Origin: Eledone cirrhosa
Taxonomy: Eukaryota
Direction: 5' to 3'
DNA length: 64,000 nt
Assembly (NCBI GenBank): GCA_964016885.1
Contig: OZ024742.1
Span: 294,252,001-294,316,000 of the forward strand
The stretch's first letter is position 1. The number at the start of each line of letters is the position of its first letter. Made by a program: the position numbers and the translations under genes. Below are positions 12,874-27,520 of this stretch, one piece after another. The notes under the pieces were generated by a model that was not told the origin of the DNA, did no database searches, and saw only the letters and a list, made by a program, of their open reading frames with translations.

Positions 12874-13075
12874 GAACAAGTATGACCCCTACGGCAGAGC
12901 TCAAGCCGTTTCGACGGCTAATTCTGGACTAAAATTTAGTCCAGAATTAGCCGTCGAAATGGCTTGAGCTCTGCCGTCGGGGTCATACTTGTTCCTATTA
13001 CCCACTCTACTACTCTAAGTATTGAGTATTTTGGTACGTTATGGTCCATCTGGTTCCTTACCACATTTCCTTCGT

Positions 13076-13076
<1 letters not shown>
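12869..13076 (+). mobile_element. Penelope-like fold-back insert in (TA)n
   Basis: Near-perfect hairpin 12869-12999 plus a unique tail of about 77 nt; (TA)n on both sides; 3' half of a hammerhead in each arm. Confidence 0.7.
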
Positions 13077-13108
<32 letters not shown>

Positions 13109-13180
13109 CTTTTACTCTTTAAACAGAACTGAAGTGAAAATAGTAATTATTACTCTTACTGTTTACTTAGGTTCCTATTT

Positions 13181-13214
<34 letters not shown>

Positions 13215-14312
13215 TGCACACACACTCATGAATAAGATGTTACTAATTGAGTCTAGTAAGACCATTATTCAATTTAATACTCCATACTTTGAGGAAAGTA
13301 GAGTGTAGATGTTATGTAGGTCCTATGGTCAAGTTTAAATCATTGGGCCTCTGTCTTATAAAAATAATAATTATAAGTGTGTGTTTATATGTGTCTGTGT
13401 GTATGTCTGTATTTATATATATATGTGTATTTGTGTGTGTAATTCAAAGTGATAGCCTTGTCATACACTGTTCCATGCTGAGAACTATGTTAAGGGTAGA
13501 CATGTTTGTGGGATGCTCAGTCACTTGCATGCTAATTTCTTGAGCAGGTTGTTTTGTTGATATGAATGACTGGAACACTCGTTATCAGAACTGACAGAGG
13601 TCCAACTAGAACAACAAACCTATTACATATGCTCCACTGTAGCTTATAGTCTATCTTAGCTGATAATCAACTGTACATTTATAACTCACCATTATACAGG
13701 ATGACTCATAAGCTGAGGTGTAACTAGGGTATGACAAGCATGACACGTGCCATGAATGCCACTTGGACTAGGAGCACGTTCTATTAAAGTCAAATAAGCC
13801 TCGTCGGAGAGTAAAAGAAGAAACTCCTTCAGATGTATGATCTGGCTTTGATTATCATGGGTGAGAACACCATGGAGGGTGGATCATTAAACCATTTATA
13901 TAAATTATTAGGCCCATAGGTAAAAATACAGTGCTAGGCAGGGGTGCAATTTCAGTGCTTGCCATAAGCGCTTATTTACCCTAGTTATGCTGCTACTCAT
14001 AAGTAACCAAGCAGTCAAACATTTATATTCCAAATGATAATATTTACTAAAATTCTCATTGTACAGTGTGAAATTATAAATACACCAAACAAAAGTAGTT
14101 AAAAAAATATAATTAAAGTAAGTATTTGTAAAGCTGAACCTGTTCTTCAATACATTTTGAAGTGGATGTTCAAAAAGATATCTGTGAACCTTGCAATAAA
14201 AATACATTGACTGACTGTGTATTTAGATTATGAGGGCTTACATACAGGTGTGCTGAATTGGTAGAGTTGTTAACATGTCAGATAGAATGGCTGTATATTC
14301 TATAGAATCACT

Positions 14313-14805
14313 ATATATATGTATTTATATATATATATATATAATATATATATATATAATATATATATATAATATATATATATATAATATATATATATAT
14401 AATATATATATATATATTATATATATATAATATATATATATTATATATATATAATTTATATATAATATATATATATAATATATATATATATAATATATAT
14501 ATATTATATATATATAATTTATATATAATTTATATATATATATATTATATATATATATATATTATATATATATATATATTATATATATTATATATATATT
14601 ATATATATTATATATATATATATTTATATATTATATATATATATATATATATTTATATATTATATTTATATATTATATATATATTTATATATTATATATA
14701 TATTTATATATTATATTATATATATATATTATATATATATATATATTATATATATATATATATTATATATATATATATTATATATTATATATATTATATA
14801 TATAT

Positions 14806-14836
<31 letters not shown>

Positions 14837-14837
14837 T

Positions 14838-14882
<45 letters not shown>

Positions 14883-15655
14883 ATATATTATATATATATA
14901 TATATTATATATATATTATATATATATATATTATATATATATATATATTATATATATATATTTATATATTATATATATATATTTATATATTATATATATA
15001 TATATTTATATATTATATATATATTTATATATTATATATATATATTTATATATTATATATATATATATTTATATATTATATATATATTTATATATTATAT
15101 ATATATATATTATATTATATATTATATATATATTATATTATATATATATTATATTATATATATATTATATTATATTATATATTATATATATATTATATAT
15201 TATATATATTATACAGTATATATATATTATATTATATATTATATATTATATATATATTATATATATATATTATATATTATATATATATATATATTATATA
15301 TTATATTTATATATTATATATTATATTTATATATTATATATATATATTATATATTATATTTATATATTATATATATATATTATATATATATATTATATAT
15401 TATATATATATTATATATTATATATATTATATATTATATATTATATATATATTATATATTATATATATATTATATATATATATTATATATATATATTATA
15501 TATATATATTATATATATATATTATATATATATATTATATATATATATATTATATATATATATATTATATATATATATATTATATATATATATTATATAT
15601 ATATTATATAATATATATATTATATATATTATATATATATATTATATATATATTA

Positions 15656-15731
<76 letters not shown>

Positions 15732-15768
15732 ATATATATTATATATATATTATATATATTATATATAT

Positions 15769-15838
<70 letters not shown>

Positions 15839-16900
15839 ATATTATATATATATATATATTATATATATTATATATATATTATATATATTATATATATATA
15901 TTATATATATATATTATATATATATATTATATATATATTATATATATATATATTATATATATATATATATATTATATATATATATTATATATATATATTA
16001 TATATATATATTATATATATATATTATATATATATATATATTATATATATATATTATATATATATTATATATATATATTATATATATATATTATATATTA
16101 TATATATATATTATATATTATATATATATATTATATATTATATATATATATTATATATTATATATATATATTATATATATATTATATATATATTATATAT
16201 ATATATATTATATATATATATATATTATATATATATATTATATATATATATATTATATATATATATATATTATATATATATATTATATATATATATATTT
16301 ATATATATTATATATAATATATATATATATAATATATATATATATATAATATATATATATATTATATATATATATAATATATATATATATTATATATATA
16401 TATATTATATATTATATATATATATATAATATATATTATATATATATATATTTATATATATTATATAATATATATTTATATATATTATATATATATAATA
16501 TATATATATATAATATATATATATATAATATATATATATATTATATATAACATATATATATATATAATATATATATATTATATATAATATATTATATATA
16601 TATATATAATATATTATATATTATATATAATATATATATATATATAATATATTATATATATTATATATATATATATTATATATATATATATTATATATAT
16701 ATATTTTATATATATATTATATATATATATATTATATATATATATATTATATATATATATTTTATATATATATATATATATAATATATTTTATATATATA
16801 TATATATATATAATATATTATATATATAATATATATATATAATATATTATATATATAATATATATATATAATATATATATATATTATATAATATATATAT
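14313..16900. repeat. Complex (TA)n/(TAT) low-complexity tract, about 2.6 kb
   Basis: Almost exclusively A/T with interrupted TA runs. Confidence 0.98.
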
Positions 16901-17984
16901 CCTGTCTCATTGACTGAAAAGATTTATAAGAAAAATTCCATCTTCCCTTGCAACTCATAAATTATTTTTCATTCCCCCCATTGTATTCTTCATTCTTCCA
17001 GAGAATTAACAAAAAAGATATTAGAATCCTCTGCTATTTGGATTTTCAAAAGTAAAATATGATAAATAATTAAACATTTTTGTAAATTAAAATTTTCTAA
17101 ATCTATCTTTTTTTTGCACTTTATATATATTTTCATTAAAAAACTAAAGGTATGAAATATGTAAAATTCAAACAAACAAAAAAGAAAATGAACCTTTAGT
17201 ATTTAAATAATTGCACAGTTCACCATCAAACCTTTTTTTCTTTTTATCTATCATTTCATTGTTAATATGAATTTTTATAACATTGTACTATATTTTATAA
17301 CTGCACTCCTACGAAAGATGTTAATAATTTTAATGACAAAAAAAAAATTAAACAAATTCATCATTTTTGTATGTTTCTATTTGAAATGACAATTTTTATT
17401 CAGGTAATAATTCTTGAATCTCAACATGAAATTCTCAACAGGATTATAAGTATCTTTCATTCACAGTAAATACTACGACTTAGTTCTGAAGGTACATGCT
17501 GTAATATTAGTTTATTTTGTTTCTTATAATTTTGTGCTCCTTTATACAGACATTGGCTTTGATGTAATATCTTTTGACATCATGTTATTGTAACTACTTT
17601 GGCATACTTACAGACATATACATACCTACATGTATATATAAATAATATACACACAAACTTTGACTTCATATAGTACACAACACATGGAAGATAGATACAT
17701 ACAAATACACACGCAAACTCATACATGCATTGACGCTGACTTTGCTGTATCATATTTGATATTGTGTAATGATTGTGACATTGTTTGGCTCAGAAACACA
17801 CTCAGACACACATATACAACCACCAACACATATAACCTTAGATGTTGGTAAAGTAAATACGAAACAGTGGATTACTGTAAGTAGCCATAAAGAAGAAACA
17901 CTAAAGTACTGTTGAGATTTCTCTATCTTTTAGAATTGTTTCTGAATTCAAAAGGTTGTATTTTTTCATATATAAATTATGTAG

Positions 17985-18710
17985 ACATGCCACATACACA
18001 CATGATATACACATGTACCCACATGAACATTTGGACACCTATCACACATGAACATGTGGACACCTGTAACATAGGGACACATGTATGCCTATCAAATGGA
18101 TATATCACACATGGACAAATTGATACCAGTCATGCATGTCCATGTTACACACAGACGTCTGTCACACATGAACAAATGGTGTATCTGCAACACATGGATA
18201 TGTTACATATTGACAAATGTATATCTGTGACACATGGACATGTGGATATGTTACACACATGGGACAAATCATCCAATGAAAATACCAATGTAAATAATGT
18301 TGTTTTTGAAGCTCTTTTAGGGAATGTTTACTGAACAATTGAGCTAGTTTGTGGCTCTCTATCATCATAACAGCGAGCTACTTACTCAGTTTGTAGCTCT
18401 ACGTCATAATAATGAGCTAATTATTCACTTTGTAGCTCACTCTCTCATAACAACTAGTCACCTCACATATTACAATGTTTTAGAATGTACAATGAACATT
18501 TGATCTACAACCCTCTGTCATAACAACAATTGAGTTATTTAGTTCATAGTTTGTTGAGTATATAGCTCTATCCATCATAACAATAATTGAGCTACTGACT
18601 GGATTTGTGGCTCTCTAACATAAAACAATGAGCTACTTATTGAGTTTGTAGCTTTTTCTCATCATAACACTGGGTTAATCATTCTGTAACTCTCTATTGT
18701 AATAACCATT
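17985..18710. repeat. Degenerate tandem repeats
   Basis: Recurring acacatg(g)aca motifs up to about 18265, then roughly 40-bp gagcta..tttgtagctct..tcataacaa units. Confidence 0.55.
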
Positions 18711-20010
18711 CACTTCACATATTGAAACATGTTTTAATTCAGTCAGACTTAAAAATACTAATAATAAAATATTGACTAATAAATTATTTTGGTTGTTCTT
18801 ATGGTTCTTTCTTTCACTTCATTTTTTTCTTTCATTCTGTTGTTGTTGCAGAAATTATTTAAATCTATTTTTAACAATTCAAACCATCATAAAAGACCCA
18901 ACTTCAGGTACTTTTATTGTTTTCATAGGACCAAATAGTCACATTTGGTTCTTAAAAAAAAAAAAATTGTCAAGCCAACTGAGAGGACTAGTTGGCAGAC
19001 TCTGGGGGTTGCCCTTCATCACAATTCGACATCCACTTCCAAAGATTGAGATATACCCTTGTAGAGAGAGAAATAGATTTTAGTGAAGTTGAAGCCTAGT
19101 ACTGGTGCAGATTATTTGAATGTTAGGGAAAGAACATCACCAGGGTCTTGTTGGTTTGAAGTGATTGGAGATGCTTTCCTACTTGGCATGTAAGTGTATG
19201 GAGTGATGAACTTAGTGTAGTAGACAGGGGGATTTACCTTTGTGTGTGTAATGTGGAGATAAATGTGAAGCAACCAGAATAGGTTGAGACTTTCCCCATA
19301 TGAGAACTGTTTACAGTCATCATTGTTAAGTAAAAGGAAGGAGGATTCCACATAGTTGGTAGAGATCCTCATAGCAAATGACCAAAAGAACTGGCTGTAG
19401 CTGGAAAGGCAGAGCTTACAGGCTGTGTAATGAACAGAGCCATTCTGCCCAGCTCTTTTCCGTTGGACTTATACTAAGTGCCACTGTCAGGATGAGAGGC
19501 ACTTAGTATAGGTAATTAGCATAGATAACTAGAAGTTGAATAACTCCCTTGGTGTCTGTGTGCACACACGTGCATTTCTATACACATTCTGACATGTGCA
19601 TTTCTACTTACTCATTCATACATACATGCACATACGAATACAATATAAGTGGCATCCAGAAAATGTTAGCTGAATTCTAACAATTGTATATGTTTATATA
19701 AACAATTTTATATGTTTATATATATAAACAATTGTTAGAATTCAGCTAACATTTTCTGGATACCACACTTGTTATCAATGTTTCAACAATATTCTGTCCA
19801 GCACAGTTTCCACATTTATAACATATTATATAAGACAACAGATTAATCAATTGTGTCAGCCACAAGGTTTTGTTCGTTTTAATTGTCTGTTTATGTCAGG
19901 CATAGGCACCCTTTTTCGAGCAGTGGGCCGCATAGGATGTGACTCATCATAGGGCAGGCCGCAATTTGAAATATATATATTAAAAAAAACCCAAATTATT
20001 AAATTATATA

Positions 20011-23000
20011 TCATCATCATCGTTTAACGTCCATCTTCCACGCTTGGATGGGAATTTTCCCACTTGAGGCAAGATTAGTTGTCTTGCTCGTATAGGACTG
20101 TCTGGTGGGTTTTCTACGGCTGGATGCCCTTCCTAACACCAACCACGTTTACAGTGTGGACTGGGAGTTTTTTACCGTGTTACCTACATGGCCACATTAC
20201 AGCGTGGACTGTGTGTTTTGGTGACACCTACACGACCTCATTTATTTCGGACTGAATGTTGTGGTACCAACATAACTTTATATCGAAAGGGGTGGTGTGG
20301 ATGGGGTGGGGGTAGTGGGACGGGTGCGTATTTTTGTTAAGAGGTGCCTACTGACTAGGTTTCGCTTTGTACTTAGGCAAGGCGGGTCTTCTGTATTACT
20401 GTGTAACGCCAAAGATCTCGGTCCAGTGACATTGTCTTGGAGAGGTGTAAGTGTGTGAGGTCGGAATTTATCAAGTCGTCCCAGGTTTTTCTTGGTCTGC
20501 CTACTCTGTGGCTACCGTCTTTTTATCACCCTGCACTTTTTTATACAGCTGTCGTCTGATATGCGCATCACGTGACCATACCAACGTAGTCTTCTCTCGA
20601 GTAAACAACATCTGATTCCTCTTATTCCTAATTTCTCCCTTAGTTCATTTATGCTTTGCCGTTCACGTATATTACTGTTACACATCCAACGGAGCATGCA
20701 AGCTTCGTTCCTCTCCAGTCTGCGTATATCCTCTGCACACAATGCCAAAGTTCACTGCCATGTAACATTGCTGTTCGTATGCAGGCATCATACAGTCTGC
20801 CTTTCATTCTTAGGGAGAACCCTTTAGCGGCTAATAGTGGTATAAGCTCTCTGAACTTTTTCCATCCAGTTCTGACTCTAGCTACTGTACTTTCAGAGCA
20901 CCCTCCACCACTGCTGATTTTGTCACCCAAGTAACGGAAGGTGTCCACTATTTCTATAGAACCCTCTGCGCAATTGAAAGAGCTAGTATTTTGTGGGCAC
21001 TTGCTGCTACTTATTGCACCAGAGCACCGGCCACATGTAAAATCTATGTTCTTAGTTAGCTTACCTGTGATCCCACTACATCTTTTATGCACCCATACTT
21101 TGCATTTGGGACATAAAATGGAGTTTCTGCCTACTCCTTTCCTACACACTGAGCATGGCCATTTCCCAGATGGGACCAGTGCCCTATTTTCCTTCCTACA
21201 AACTAGAACTTTAGTCTTAGACAGGTTAATTTTAAGGCCTTTTGATTCTAGGCCATGCTTCCATGTTTGGAATTTCTTCTCTAGTTCAGCCATTGATTCA
21301 GCTATGAGTGTTAGATCATCTGCGTATAGGAGCTCCCATGGGCAGCCGATCTTGAACTCCTCTGTTATAGCCTGAAGGGCAATAATAAATAGTAGGAGGC
21401 TAAGGATGGAGCCCTGATGAACACCAACTTTTACGCTAAACTCTTCACTATATTCGTTGTTAATTCTAACCTTGCTGACTGTTTCTTTATACATGGCTTG
21501 TATAGCTCTCACAAGCCATTCATCAACACCTATTTTTCTAACCAGATAATGGAGCAGGGTACTCTGTCAAAGGCTTTCTCCAAGTCAACAAAAGCTAAGT
21601 ATAAGGGTTTACTTTTAGCTAGGTTCTTCTCCTGTAGTTGTCGTACAATGAAAAGAGCGTCTGTTGTACTTTTACCTGACACAAACCCGAACTGCATTTC
21701 GTCTAGATCAATTCGCTCTCTGATTAGTTGCGCTATTACTTTTTCTGTGACCTTCATGACCTGGTCGATTAATTTAATGCCTCTATAGTTTCCCCTATCT
21801 AGGGCATCTCCTTTACCCTTGTAGCAGTTAATGATGATGCTGCTACGCCAGTCGTTTGGAACGACCCCATTCTGTATGACTTGGTTTACTATCCAGGTGA
21901 CCATAGTGTGTCCCACCGTTCCAGATGCTTTCAGCATTTCAGCAACTATTTCCGAAGGCTCAGCCGCCTTGCCTGTCTTCATATCTTTGCTGGCCTTACT
22001 TATTATACTACCTTCAACTTGCACTGCTGGTCCCTCTATTGGATCGATGTGGGGGAGCCTGTCTTTCTCCCAATTATTCTCCTCATTTAGTAGCCTTTCG
22101 TAGTGACACTTCCAAGCTACCTTCTTATCAGCGTCAGTGATGGCAAGTACACAATCATCATTAAGGACACACTTCTCTCCGACAACATCACGGTTTTCCT
22201 TGACACATTGCCTAGCAATCCTGAACACCTCACATTTTTGGTCCTCGCGTTGTAGAACATGCTTGAACTTTCTTTCCTCTGCTTCCCTTCTTGCGAAGTA
22301 CACTTGTCTCCTAGCTTCCCTCCTGGCCACTTGATAGTCTTCTCTACTTCCCCCATCCCGCCATGCTTTCCAAGCCTGCTTTTTGGCCTTGACTCCTCCA
22401 CCACCAAGTTACTCTCCTCCTGCCTATAGGTCTGCTCCAGCCACAGATTTCATCTGTCGCCTTCAGCAGGTTAGCTTTCAGGAATTCCCACTGTTCCTCT
22501 ATATTGTACGACTCTAATTGCTCTTCCTTACTATCAAAAGCATCAAGTAATATGCTTTTAAATTTATTACTGGCTATGGGGTCCTTTAGCTTCCATATTT
22601 TTCTCCTGAGGATAGTCCTCTTCTGTTGTCGAGTACGTCTCGTGCTGACTATGAGGTCGCTAATTATGAGTCTATGTTGAGAGGTGCATTCTTCATGGGG
22701 GAGGGATTTAGTATTTACAACAAACACTCTGTCACGTCTTCTGGTAAGGATATAATCTATCTGGATGGTGTGTTCCCCTGATCTATAGGTGATCAAGTGA
22801 TTGTCTTGTTTTTTGAAGTTAGTGTTACAGATAGTTAGGTTATTTGCAGCACAGAATTCCAGGATTCTGGAGCCTTCCTCATTTCTAGTACCAAACCCAT
22901 AGCCTCCATAGATTCCGTCATAGCCGTCACAATGTTGTCCAACGTGACCATTTAGGTCGCCAGCGATAACTATGTAGTCACTGTTGGTTATTTGGGAGGT

Positions 23001-23314
23001 AGTGAGCATTAACGTCTCATAGAATCTGTCTTTTATAACGCCAGGCAGTCCGGATTGTGGTGCATACGCAGATATTATTGTCACAGTAGTTCTATTGAGG
23101 ACAAGTCTTATTTTAATTATTCTGTCGTTCACTCTATTTACGTCTATTATCTTATCTGCCCACTTTTCTGCTACCATGATTCCTACTCCACCCAGCCCAT
23201 TGTCATTTCCCACCCAGAAAAGCTTATAGCATCGTTCTTTACCCACAATGAATCTAGCAGACCCTGGTCTCTTGAATACAGCAAACATCGACCTCCTTAC
23301 GTTCAAGCATTTCT
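20011..23314 (-). mobile_element. RTE-clade LINE (APE + RT with embedded PHD finger), frameshifted and slightly 5'-truncated
   Basis: APE motifs VCCIQETR, SAYAPQ, GDLNGHVG, QIDYIL, SQHRL; RT motifs NYRGIKL, QFGF, FVDLEKAFDRV, GVHQGS, YADD, FRYLG; C-terminal RRLRWYGHVMR; 3' (ATG)n tail at 20011. Confidence 0.95.
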
Positions 23315-24086
23315 ATTTGTATATACTTTTACCTTAGTAGCATATATATATATATATATATATATAACATATATATATACTTTTACCTTAGTAGCATATA
23401 TATATATATATATATATAACATAAAATATACACATCACATATGTAGTGTATACATTTACCTTATAACATACACACCTCACATGTGAATATATTATAACAT
23501 ACCCTTCAGATGATTTTATTTACTGTTTAGTGAGAGAGAAAAGGACAATACCCATAACCCCTTTTCAAGGCCTCCAAGACTAATGAGAAGGTGGGATGTA
23601 TCCCAAAATTGGAGATGTGGCAGGAATATTTGCAACTAAGTCAACTCTGTTAAAACACCCAAGAGCCAGGTAGTGGCATTAAACTGAGTGATGGATTATA
23701 TCTACTATTCAAGTAGGTCACAGCGAGATTTGAACTGAGAAAAAAAAAACAATACAGGAGCTTTCCAATGCTCTAATCATTTGTCTATATATATATATAT
23801 TTGAGTGACAATAAGTCAGATTTGCAGCTTGTTATGAAACATTATTGCGTATTTCAACTGTTTCGATATCGATCAGCTCAGGTTTGATCAGGCGATCGGA
23901 TCTCGACTCTTAATCGACACCTGTTTAGGTATGGACCATCCAAACTGATGACATATGTCAACAGCAGTGGCAAAGGGTAACCTGGAAAGCAGGGCATGCA
24001 GTCCAATCGCCATGGCGGAAAGTGGGGGTGTGCAGCCTTACCCCCATTCCCTCTAAATGAGCCTCCCGGTCAAAGCCGCATGTAGT

Positions 24087-24490
24087 GTTATCTAGTGTGT
24101 GTGTGTCTACGATTTAACAAGCAGCCAAAATTCTGCTTGCTTCAACCGATGCTGCCGTGTGTTTGCGTGTGTTATCTTTTTATGTGTCTACGGTTTAGCA
24201 AGCAGCCAAAATTCTGCTTGCTTCAACCGACGCTGTCGTGTGTATGTGTGTGTGTGTTATCTTTTTATGTGTCTACGGTTTAGCAAGCAGCCAAAATTCT
24301 GCTTGCTTCAACCGACGCTGTCGTGTGTATGTGTGTGTGTGTTATCTTTTTATGTGTCTACGGTTTAGCAAGCAGCCAAAATTCTGCTTGCTTCAACCGA
24401 CGCTGTCGTGTGTGTGTGTGTGTTATCTTATGTGTCTACGATTTAACGATTTAGTAAGCAGCCAAAATTCTACTTGCTTCAACCGACGCA
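24087..24490. repeat. Tandem array of five 81-86 bp units, each with a stem-loop
   Basis: Unit ttatc..tgtgtctacggtttAGCAAGCAGccaaaattCTGCTTGCTtcaaccgacgctgtcg(tg)n. Confidence 0.92.
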
Positions 24491-25385
24491 ATTGATCAAC
24501 TCAAGATTCTATAACGCATGCACTGCATGCACGCTCCCTTCGCCCCTGGTCAACAGTATATATATAAATACCATTACAAATACAACTAAACCTCACAAAG
24601 ACTACGCACCAAAACACATGACCAGAGTGAGAGAAAGAAAAAAATGGGGGAAGCAAAAACTAAAACGACCATTAGTTCACTACTAAGTGCGACAATCGGC
24701 CGCCGCCTTTCAGAAAGACAAGCGGGCGGCAGATGCCAATGACTGCTTTATGTTATGTAACTTAAGGTAGTGGTTTGACAGAAAAGAGATCGACAGAATA
24801 AGTAAGAGACTTGAGAAAACAAGTTCTGATTGACTAAATCAAGGCGATACTCCAGCATGGCCGCGGTATAATGAGTGAAATCGATAAAAAGAAAAAGGAA
24901 ATGAAGGATCCTCCTTCAGTTTCGACGATGAACATTTAGTTGTTCGGTGAACATGAAATTAAAAATTAAAATTAACGTGGTGTAAATGGTTGAGTATTCC
25001 ACAGACATGCGTACCTTTCATGTAATTGTCAGGGGAATTTAGTGTGACACAGTGTATGGCAAGGCTGGTCTTTTGAATTACAGGTACAACTCAGTTTTCA
25101 GCTGAGTGGACTGGAGCGACGTGAAATAAGGTGTTTACTGAAGGACACAACACATTATCGGGAACTCACTGCCCTATGATTGTGAACCGAACACTCTTCC
25201 CACTAAACTGTACCTTCAAAAACCAATAAATAAATCAACTTCGTTAAGCACAAGTTTTTGTTTATATTTTAACAACTAATGATGATAGATATTTCTTCGG
25301 TTTTAATGATGACCATTCAGTCATTTGATCAACTGAACTCTTGAATTAACATGGTTGAATTGGTTGAACATTCTTAACAAGAATA

Positions 25386-25756
25386 CTCTCGGGTCTCAAA
25401 TACGTAATATGAGTGGGATGGAATAAGCGGAGATGGTGTAAAATCGCTAATTTGTTTAGGTTGTCTCCGTTGATTTAAAAAAAAACTAGAATTAGTCGGT
25501 TAGTTTACATAGAGACCCCTCCCACCTCCAACCCAACCTATTTATTTTATAACATAGGATTTCTAATAGTGAACTTTCTTTGTCATGCATAATGTTTTTT
25601 AATGTCTAAAGAAAATTAATTGTCGCATGAATACTACCACTTAAAATAAAATTTTGTCGGAGATAGATTAGCAAAATTTAATAAGTTAGGGAGGGGTGGA
25701 AAAATCTGAAAAATTAATAAGTGGGGCGGAGGGAACGATTATTCGAGACCCGAGAG
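25386..25756. mobile_element. TA-flanked MITE (Tc1/mariner-like)
   Basis: TIR ctctcgggtctc ... gagacccgagag with TA on both sides; a related inverted partial copy lies at about 26583-26830. Confidence 0.75.
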
Positions 25757-26123
25757 TACATATAATCAAGAGCTTATTACATATATAAACAACAAAATCA
25801 ACATCATATTAAACGCAGTACAAAATCAATCATAAAAAATTGCTTGGACAACTGTCAATGACATTACTGGTAGGAAGAATACACTAACACACAAGGTAAA
25901 AGCTAAGACACCAAAAGGACGTGTACAAAAATGGAAAGACCATTTTCAAAATCTTCTTGGTCAACCATCTGTTATAAAAGAACATTCAAAGTTGGTTGTC
26001 AAGTCTCAGTAAAGAAAACAGGGAATTCACGAGAGTTTGGTTTATATATATACTCGGAGGTGTCGTCATAGCTACTTTCGTCCGAATTGCCGGATATGGC
26101 ATATGATACGAACATGTCATATA

Positions 26124-26405
26124 CAGAGGCATAACGTGGGGAAATAGCGCCTATGGCAAGCAGTGAAATTGCGCCCCTGCCCAGCACTGTATTTTTACCT
26201 ATGTACCTAATAATTAATATAAATGGTTTAATGATCCAGCCACCATAGTGTTCTCACCCAAGATAATCAGGGACAGATCATACATCTGAAGGAGTTTCTT
26301 CTTTCCTTCTCCAGCAAGGCTTATTTGACTTTAATAGAACGTGCTCCTAGTCCAAGTGGAGCCCATGGCACGTGCCTTACTTGCCATACCCTAGTTACAC
26401 CTCTG
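26124..26405. mobile_element. hAT-like MITE
   Basis: TIR cagaggcataac ... gttacacctctg; 8-bp flanks gtcatata/ggcatatt (6/8). Related copies at about 13712-13992(-) and 38440-38960. Confidence 0.7.
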
Positions 26406-26893
26406 GGCATATTCCATTTTCATACCAAAGCAAATTGATCACAGGGATAATTTCATTACACACACATATTATATCGAAATTACATAATAGCAAGGTTAAC
26501 ATTTTTCTCCAAACAAATATGCTGACAATATAGATAGTTTGAAATTACAAGCACAAATGCCATAGCTGTCAAAATTCAACACACTCTCAGATCTCGAATG
26601 ATTCCCCCCCCCCCCCCCCCCACTTATTAATTGTTCTGATTTTTTTCATCCCACCCCGCTCTTATTCCACCCGCTGTTTAATTTTCTTTATATATTAAAA
26701 ACATTATACATTACAAAAAAAAACAACAAAACAAAAGCAAAAAAAAAAACATTGCAAGAAATTCCATACGTGATAAAATAAATAGAATGGGTTGGGATCT
26801 CAATATGCAAACTAAACGACTAATTATGCTATATATATATATATATATATATATATAGATTACAATAATCAAAGTTCAGTTTAAATCATTTAT

Positions 26894-26942
26894 TTGCTTA
26901 CAATTGTTTCCTCCAAACCGAGGTTTGGATTCTTCGGAGCAA
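26894..26942 (-). ncRNA. Type I hammerhead ribozyme (U4C variant)
   Basis: Minus strand: ttgct CCGAAGA a-tccaaac ctcg gtttgga-g GAAA caattg TA agcaa, inside a (TA)n-flanked insert at 26858-27214. Confidence 0.7.
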
Positions 26943-27210
26943 CTATTTAGTGATCTATAACATACTTGACCTCCTTTTCAACACAAGAGACATATAAAAA
27001 CATATGCACATATTGATCCACAGTGGGATGACATCCATCAAAATGATATAGCATGGCAATTTACATATAAAGGATAAAGATAAAAATAAAAATAAAAATA
27101 AAAATGAAGCATTGGCAGTCTATGAAGATAAAGCAAGAGGAAAGTTTAGAGTAGTCAGTGTATGAAACAATCTCACGTGTAGCATGCACGCGTGTCTTAT
27201 TTATACAGGA

Positions 27211-27260
<50 letters not shown>

Positions 27261-27274
27261 TCCTGTATAAATAA

Positions 27275-27312
<38 letters not shown>

Positions 27313-27520
27313 TTAAATTTGGTGGTTTACCACTGGGTAGAATTGGTCATTCTGCAATGTTAATCATGACGTAATATGAGAAAAGCACTCGGCGTTATGC
27401 AACTCATCCATCTTCAATGTTAAATCATGTTGGTGGTGCGGGAACGGAGTAAATGTATTATGAAGTGAAATGACAGGAGGTCAAATATGTTGAATTTCCT
27501 TAATTTTTTTATTACTGTAA

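Noticed and set aside
19000-19540. Degenerate LINE endonuclease fragment
   Set aside because: Only a vague resemblance; too decayed to call without a search.
24087-24490. CRISPR-like array of palindromic repeats
   Set aside because: The intervening sequences are near-identical rather than unique spacers, the context is eukaryotic and there are no cas genes.
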